A stretch of DNA of 64,000 nucleotides from Eledone cirrhosa (lineage: Eukaryota): contig OZ024746.1 of assembly GCA_964016885.1 (NCBI GenBank), forward strand, positions 92,628,001-92,692,000. The letters are read 5' to 3'. The notes under the pieces are model-generated. The model had not been told where the DNA came from. It did no database searches and saw only the letters and a program-made list of their open reading frames with translations. A program made the translations under genes and the position numbers. Positions 57,165 through 64,000 of the stretch are shown here, piece by piece; positions within the stretch are counted from its first letter, which is position 1, and every line of letters starts with the position of its first letter.

Positions 57165-57238
<74 letters not shown>

Positions 57239-57245
<7 letters not shown>

Positions 57246-57405
57246 TATAAGCTATCACCATATTTTGATAGAAAAGGATGATGGAAAAAGATGAGTATTC
57301 ACTAAAATGTACGTCAATACTCATCTTTTCCATTTCTCCGATTGTTCTTAACCTCAAGCTAAGTAATTTCTTTAGTCAAAATACGGCGATAGCTTATATT
57401 TCTAA
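57239..57405. mobile_element. MITE with ~30-bp TIRs and an internal hairpin
   Basis: TTAGAAATATAAGCTATCACCATATTTTGA / TCAAAATACGGCGATAGCTTATATTTCTAA. Internal ATGGAAAAGATGAGTATT / AATACTCATCTTTTCCAT. Confidence 0.75.
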
Positions 57406-57438
57406 TTTCAAACTCGCTCACTGTTTCGAAAATATTCT

Positions 57439-57499
<61 letters not shown>

Positions 57500-57810
57500 T
57501 ATATTGAGTTAGAAACTCAAAATAGTCTTTTACAATTAAATAGCTCAAAGAAGGGAATCTTTCCGAGCCGTGTAATACAATTGAACATATGAGAGGGAGT
57601 TGCCCGATATAGGTTTGTTATTTTTATTGATATATTACTTTAAATCGAGACAGGCAAACCATATTGTTTTAAATTAGTATTTTTTCAACTTAGCTAACTT
57701 GGTCATTTGCAATTCGAACACATGTATACTTTTATTGGTGTTCATCCGTCTCATATATTCAATTGTATCGTTGAATATATATATATAAATATATACATAT
57801 ATATATATAT

Positions 57811-58036
57811 ATGTTGTTATTCTGTGTGTATATATGTGTGTGCCTTGTGTTATTCTATGTAAGTATGTTGTATATATGTGTGTGCCTTGTGTTATTCTAT
57901 GTAAGTATGTTGTATATATGTGTGTGCCTTGTGTTATTCTATGTAAGTATGTTGTATATATGTGTGTGCCTTGTGTTATTCTATGTAAGTATGTTGTATA
58001 TATGTGTGTGCCTTGTGTTATTCTATGTAAGTATGT
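57811..58036. repeat. 42-bp minisatellite, ~5 copies
   Basis: Unit TGTGTTATTCTATGTAAGTATGTTGTATATATGTGTGTGCCT. Confidence 0.92.
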
Positions 58037-58472
58037 GTATATAAGTATATATGTATGTTTTCTATTGTCTTGCTCTATTATTTTATCCTTTGCTTTAACT
58101 CTCTAAATCTTGCATGTCTCTCCCCACCACCTCCACCACCTCCTCCTCCTCCCCCTCACACTTACTCCCACCTTCTATCATTGTCTCATTAACGAAATCC
58201 CACCTCCCACTTACACCCTCTTATCACCTCACTTTCCCCTCCTCCATACATGCACACACACCCTCTCCTCCTCCTTTCTCTTTTATTGATGTAAAAATGA
58301 AATATGAAAGGTAGGGAACAATAACAACAACAACAGCAACAACAACAGCAACAACAACAACAGCAACAAAAGAATGTTAACAAAGACTGAAATTGTTGTT
58401 TTTGAAAACTATTTAATGTTTAAAGTAGGTAAATAATGGGACAAATAATAGGGACCTGTCACATGTCTTCTA

Positions 58473-58513
<41 letters not shown>

Positions 58514-58559
58514 TTCTAGTGTATGTATATATATATATATATATATATGTCTTCTAGTG

Positions 58560-58589
<30 letters not shown>

Positions 58590-58594
<5 letters not shown>

Positions 58595-59498
58595 ATACTT
58601 GGGAGGGTCATGTTGCCAATAAGAAACACACGCACCAGTTGCTTTCACTTCAATTTATTATATATTTATAAATTTACAAATTTATAAATTTCTGGTTGGT
58701 TGGTTGGTTCCACAACCAGATAGTTGTTTATATATAGTCATAGTCCTTTCGTCACACGCTCTGTGACCTCTTCAGTGACTGGGATTCCTTTCTTTGTTTC
58801 TGTGCCTCTCCTTTGTTCTGTCCTACGCCATTTTGTTTCTGTGTGTGTGTTGTGTGCTCAGTTTGCGCATGCGCCACATCCGGGTGTCTGTGTGTGTTTA
58901 TGTTCATTTATCTATTTGTTTATTTATTTATTTATTTACATGTTATTGGTTGGTTGTTTGTTCTATGTGTGTGTGTGTTTTCACTTTGTCCTTAATTGTA
59001 AGTTGTGATGTTGCTGTTCCACTCATATTTTCTATTTAATTTTGGTTGTAATTCTTTTATGTTTATTGCCTCTGTAATTTGTCTAAACATTGCATCTTTT
59101 CTGTGTGTAGATTCTATTTTTATTTCTATGTTCTCTAATTTACCCTTGTGTTCTATCTTAGCATGTTGGTAGAGTACAGATGATTCTTTATTATCTTGAA
59201 GGTCTCGCCAGTGTTCATTTATCCGTTCCCCTATACTACGAGCTGTCTCACCTATGTACACTATATTTTTGTTTCTACATTGTCCTTCAGTACATCTTAT
59301 GCTATACACTACATTTCTAGTTTTACAGTTAATATGGGGGCTTATTTTACAGGTTATACATTTCTTATCTATACATGAGGGTGTTATCTATACATGAGGT
59401 GTGTTTCTTATTGGCAACATGACCCTCCCAAAGTATAACAATATCGGTTTCAACACACGATTTCAGATAAAGAATCTTGCTAAACAAATTCAGAAACG

Positions 59499-59500
<2 letters not shown>
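58590..59500 (-). mobile_element. 5'-truncated Naiad-like PLE with hammerhead and inverted 3'-end copy
   Basis: Open frame 58992-59378: CIDKKCITC..NCKTRNVVYSIRCTEGQC..VYIGETARSIGERINEH..QHAKIEHKG..RQITEA..LNRKYEW. 58590-58629 is inverted at 59401-59441. Confidence 0.8.
58736..58780 (-). ncRNA. Minimal type-I hammerhead ribozyme
   Basis: AGTCA-CTGAAGA-G-GTCACA(GAGCG)TGTGAC-GAA-AGGACT-A-TGACT. Confidence 0.82.
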
Positions 59501-59589
<89 letters not shown>

Positions 59590-59690
59590 TTAATAATAAT
59601 AAATTTCAAGACTAAAATCCAAAGAGGGCTCGATAAGGATAAATATATATCAAATATATAAGAACCGTAGAGCAAATATTTATTAAAATA

Positions 59691-59766
59691 ACAGATTAAA
59701 GTTTAAGCAAAGAATCGCTGCTTTCACCCTTAACGGGATCTTCTGAAACTAACAAAGTCAATCTGT
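59691..59766 (-). ncRNA. Extended type-I hammerhead-like fold with variant core
   Basis: Reverse complement of 62316-62391, identical in sequence. Confidence 0.6.
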
Positions 59767-60690
59767 AAACGCAGAAGTGGATATTTCAAAAAACGTTGCA
59801 ACCGGAGGAAGACAGGAAGACGATACTTTGGTTCGTGGAAACGTTCGCTGGCAAAGAACGGGGAAAAAACGAATAAGATACGTCATTAATAGGAGCGGTG
59901 AAAAACAATTACGCACAAAGACAGAACCACGTTTATGGTATAAAAGAGGTCGTAGACTAATGTTCTCTTAGGTGGTTCATAGAGACGTTCTCTGGCAATG
60001 AACGAAAAAAAACGAAGATAATACGTCATATGTGGAGCATAGAGAACAATAGCACGCAAAGACAAAACCACGTAAATGGTATAGCAGAAGTCGTAGACTA
60101 AAATTCTAACTAGGAGACCGAATGAATCTCCGCTACAGAGTTAAGAACAAAGTAAATAAATACAATACAGAAGTAATAGAAATAAATACATACACGCAAA
60201 CAAATACGTACATACACAAGCATACGCAAAACACTTACCATAGGTATACAAAACCACGCACATATAAATATGTGTGTGTATGCGTGTATACAAATAAATA
60301 AATAAATAATTATATAAACGTATATAAATAAATAAATACGTAAATACCAAGTGCACACACATACCTACATGTAAATACACGAATGTTCGGAGACGTAAGT
60401 CAACCAAAACATGAAGTACACATATACACACACCCTACATACGTACGAACCTGCATACTCACACAGACGCAAAACTCCCGTATACACATAGCCAAACCAT
60501 ATGTACCAGAATAAAAAAAGAATAAAAGTTTATACACCATAACATAAACAATCAAATATACGTACGAGAAGGTATACGTACCTTCACGAAACATACGGGT
60601 AATATATACTTACCTATGCAAATAAGTAATGGTATAAACAAAACATATACTTAGCTCATCAAGACGTAAAATATCCATGTATAGATCGTA

Positions 60691-61697
60691 CTATCCATTA
60701 GGGTATAACGTGGGGTTGTAATACAGGAAAGTTTTGTGCAATTTATGTTTACAAGCCGAAATTGCCTCAGATTTTTTGTTTAAGATGTGGTCTGTGGCGT
60801 AGAGTATTTCCAGGGCCTCAGCGGCGCAGAGGTCACAAGGTCTTTTATTTCCGTTATACGATCTAGCCCTAGCTAGGATCTCCCAGTGTAACTTATATTG
60901 GGTGTGGTTGTCTTTTAGACTCCAGATATGAGCTGAAAGTGACGTCATATTCCTTCTTAGAGGGTAACGAAAAGAATGGGTATGCGTGTAAAGACGCTGC
61001 TTGAATCTATTGGCGGTTAACCCTATGTAGGCACTACAGGACGTGGGTGTTACAACCTTACATTTGTAGACAATGTTACTAGAGAGGCATTTCCCGGATA
61101 GGGGGCAATCAACCCGATTCCTACAATTACAGTTAGTACTAACTACAGGGTTGCACGTGTTCCTACGGCTAGGTAGTTTAGCTAAATTTGAAGCTGTGAT
61201 GTTATGTGCAAGGTTAGGAGTCGTAGAGTAAGAGATTTTAATAGTATTTCTATTAAAAATTTTACTATATTTATGTGTAGGGGGAAAATGCTTCGTAATA
61301 AGGGAAAGAAAGATCTTAGCTAATGGTGTGGCCACCTCCATATTATATGGTGGGTTATACCAACAAATGCGACGGGATCTATTTCTTCTAGGTCTATTTT
61401 CGTACTCTGTATATGCTACCTTATCGACAAATCCACTTCGAGCAAGAGCTTCATTGTAATAAGTGGAATGGTCGTTGAAAATACGCTCGTTGGTGGAAAG
61501 ACGGGAAAGCCTCAACGAAACGTTTCTTACCAGGTTCTTGGTTATGCTGGCAGGATGGTTGGAATGCTTACTTATGTAATTAAGCGTATCATTCGGCTTT
61601 CTATACGGGTAATACAACCCATTCATTAAATTGAGGGTAACGTCAAGGTAATTAACGACCGAGAGATTGGCCTCAACCTGTATAGAGAGGTTGAAGC
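60691..61697 (-). CDS. PLE RT C-terminus/thumb + GIY-YIG endonuclease (5'-truncated, no internal stops)
   Basis: VVNYLDVTLNL..YRKPND..SNHP..WYNPPY..CNCRNRVDCPLSGKCLSSNIVYKCKV..YIGLTANRFKQRLYTH..CDLCAAE..LNKKSE..CKH. Confidence 0.88.
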
Positions 61698-62315
61698 TAT
61701 TTACGTATTTACGTATTTATGTGTTTATTTACGTATTTACGTATTTACGTATTTACGTTTATATAATTATTTATTTATTTATTTGTATACACGCATACAC
61801 ACACACATATATTTATGTGCGTGGTTTTGTATACCAATGGTAAGTGTTTTGCGTATGCTTGTGTATGTACGTATTTGTTTGCGTGTATGTATTTATTTAT
61901 TTTTAATACTTCTGTATTGTATTTATTTACTTTGTTCTTAACTCTGTAGCGGAAATTCATTCGGTCTCCTAGTTAGAATTTTAGTCTACGACTTCTGCTA
62001 TACCATTTACGTGGTTTTGTCTTTGCGTGCTATTGTTCTCCACGCTCCACATATGACGTATTATCTTCGTTTTTTTCGTTCATTGCCAGAGAACGTCTCT
62101 ATGAACCACCTAAGAGAACATTAGTCTACGACCTCTTTTATACCATAAACGTGGTTCTGTCTTTGCGCGTAATTGTTTTTCACCGCTCCTATTAATGACG
62201 TATCTTATTCGTTTTTTCCCCCGTTCTTTGCCAGCGAACGTTTCCACGAACCAAAGTATCGTCTTCCTGTCTTCCTCCGGTTGCAACGTTTTTTGAAATA
62301 TCCACTTCTGCGTTT

Positions 62316-62391
62316 ACAGATTGACTTTGTTAGTTTCAGAAGATCCCGTTAAGGGTGAAAGCAGCGATTCTTTGCTTAAACTTTAATCTGT
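62316..62391 (+). ncRNA. Extended type-I hammerhead-like fold with variant core CAGAAGA
   Basis: ACAGATTGA-bulge-AGTTT-CAGAAGA-T-CCC(GTTAA)GGG-T-GAA-AGCA(loop)TGCT-T-AAACT-TTAATCTGT. Confidence 0.6.
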
Positions 62392-62402
62392 TATTTTAAT
62401 AA

Positions 62403-62435
<33 letters not shown>

Positions 62436-62438
62436 TAC

Positions 62439-62483
<45 letters not shown>

Positions 62484-63104
62484 AATATATAAATATATAT
62501 ATATATACAAATATATATAAATATATATATATACATATATATATATATGTATATATATATATGTATATATATATGTGTGTGTATGTGTTTGTGTATATAT
62601 ATGTGTGTGTGTGTATGTATAAATATATATATGTGTATGTGTGTGTGTGTATTTATATAAAGTACCTTGTGGTTGTGGTGGTGGGGGATAATGCGACTAC
62701 TTTTTCATCTTGGCTTTAAAAATAATTAGGTCAACACGCGTGTGTGTGTGTGTATGTATGTGTTTATGTAGCTGGTGACTATAGTCATATGATGAGAGAC
62801 CTCCCTCCATGAACAGAGCACAAATCCGTGGGGAAAATCACGTACTCATATTTTTTTTTAAATTGAAACTAAATTTTCTGGCTTTATCTGTATGGTCAGA
62901 AGGTTCTAAACCAAACATGAGCAATATTTTTCAAGTAGTGGGCTGCATCATAAGGCAGACCAGACTACTAAAAAAAAAAATTAAGGTAATTTTTTATAAG
63001 GCATGCCATTGAGGAAGTCAAACAGGCTAAAGTTTGTCCATCACTGCATTAAAACTTTTCACACCAAACTGGCTCTAGTTCTATGATACTAAGCTATTTG
63101 GCAG

Positions 63105-63400
63105 GTGGCCTAGTGTTGGTGATCTACATGAAAAATTCACTGTAAAGTCGTTGGTGATAGGAATGTCATCCAGCTATAGAAAGCTTGCGAAACAAGGGTT
63201 GAGAGGCCCCATCAGTCATGTGTCAAGGACATGGCAACCTCCCTAGTGTTGGTGATCTACATCGTAAACACACCCAATACATGCTGTAAAGTGGTTGCTG
63301 ATAAGAAGGGCATCCAGCCATAAAAAGCTTTCCAAACAAAGGGTTGGGAGGACTCTTCATTCGTGACAAAGATATGACAACCTCTCTGTACATAATCAAG
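63105..63400 (+). repeat. Tandem pair of RTE-3'UTR/SINE-like units
   Basis: CTAGTGTTGGTGATCTACAT...GAAGGGCATCCAGC..AAAGCTT occurs twice. The motif is shared with the RTE UTR at 19750 and 19860. Confidence 0.55.
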
Positions 63401-64000
63401 ATGCAGATCCGTGGCCTCGCTGGGAGATCAGAATTCCCATTTCAGTTATGACCTGGTCTATATAGACCTGTCCAACACTTGATAGCAGGGAAAGTACTCT
63501 CGGGTCCAAAATACTGGGGAGGTGGAATAAACAGGGGGGTTGGACATCTGCTTAAATTCTTAAAAGCAGCAGGGTTGGAATAAACGGGGAAAGGGAAATC
63601 GGTAATTGCATAGTGTACATTTGTAAATATTCTTGTAATGTTCTTATTTTGTCATATATAATGTTTTTAATGTAAAATAAAATTATTATTAGATTCTTCA
63701 GCTGCTGTATCAATATGAATGACAATTTATTAAGCAGGGTGGGGTGATTATTCAAGACCTGGAAGTAGATGTTAAAACGATGATGATGATAATGATGATG
63801 GGGATATATATGCATATGTGTGTTTTTATAGCACAAAAAATTGCATGAACAAGGAGTAAGGAAGAAAAAGAGTACACAATATATATTGTAAAATTTTATC
63901 ATATTTATTGTTAGTTGAAAATGTATCTAAGTGTTACTCTGATGGATAAAAAGAATATTGGAATAACCTAAGAATAAAACCAGGACCATAAGATAAATTT

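Larger units (their letters stand above)
59585..62406 (-). mobile_element. Young 5'-truncated Hydra-type PLE with ~670-bp inverted terminal repeats
   Basis: 59675-60345 is the near-identical reverse complement of 61698-62406, around an uninterrupted thumb + GIY-YIG frame. Confidence 0.92.

Noticed and set aside
57811-58036. CRISPR-like periodicity
   Set aside because: Identical tandem units without unique spacers, and eukaryotic context.

Overview
AT-rich, microsatellite-dense animal genomic DNA. The SINE/LINE repertoire suggests an octopod cephalopod (inference). No intact protein-coding gene is visible, and most ORF-track entries are artefacts of (TA)n/(CA)n repeats. The window is a mosaic of retroelement remnants: Penelope-like elements (PLEs) of Hydra-, Neptune- and Naiad-like types, RTE, Tx1/L1, CRE and R4/Dong LINE fragments, tRNA-derived SINEs, Tc1/mariner fragments and MITEs. 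A ~9-10 kb segmental duplication (11980-21922 vs 31049-39971) carries copy-specific insertions. Decayed exons encode ankyrin repeats (22.4 kb) and a death domain (51.5 kb). The most striking unannotated layer is RNA-level. At least seven type-I hammerhead ribozyme motifs (plus two weaker ones) sit at PLE 3' ends and in tiny non-coding elements that each lie between (TA)n tracts. One of these is a 240-bp element made of just the 5' and 3' termini of a Hydra-type PLE. PLEs of three different types also share a structure in which an inverted copy of the 3' end is joined at the 5' truncation point. All calls are from manual reading of the sequence, so element boundaries are approximate and clade names are inferred from motifs.
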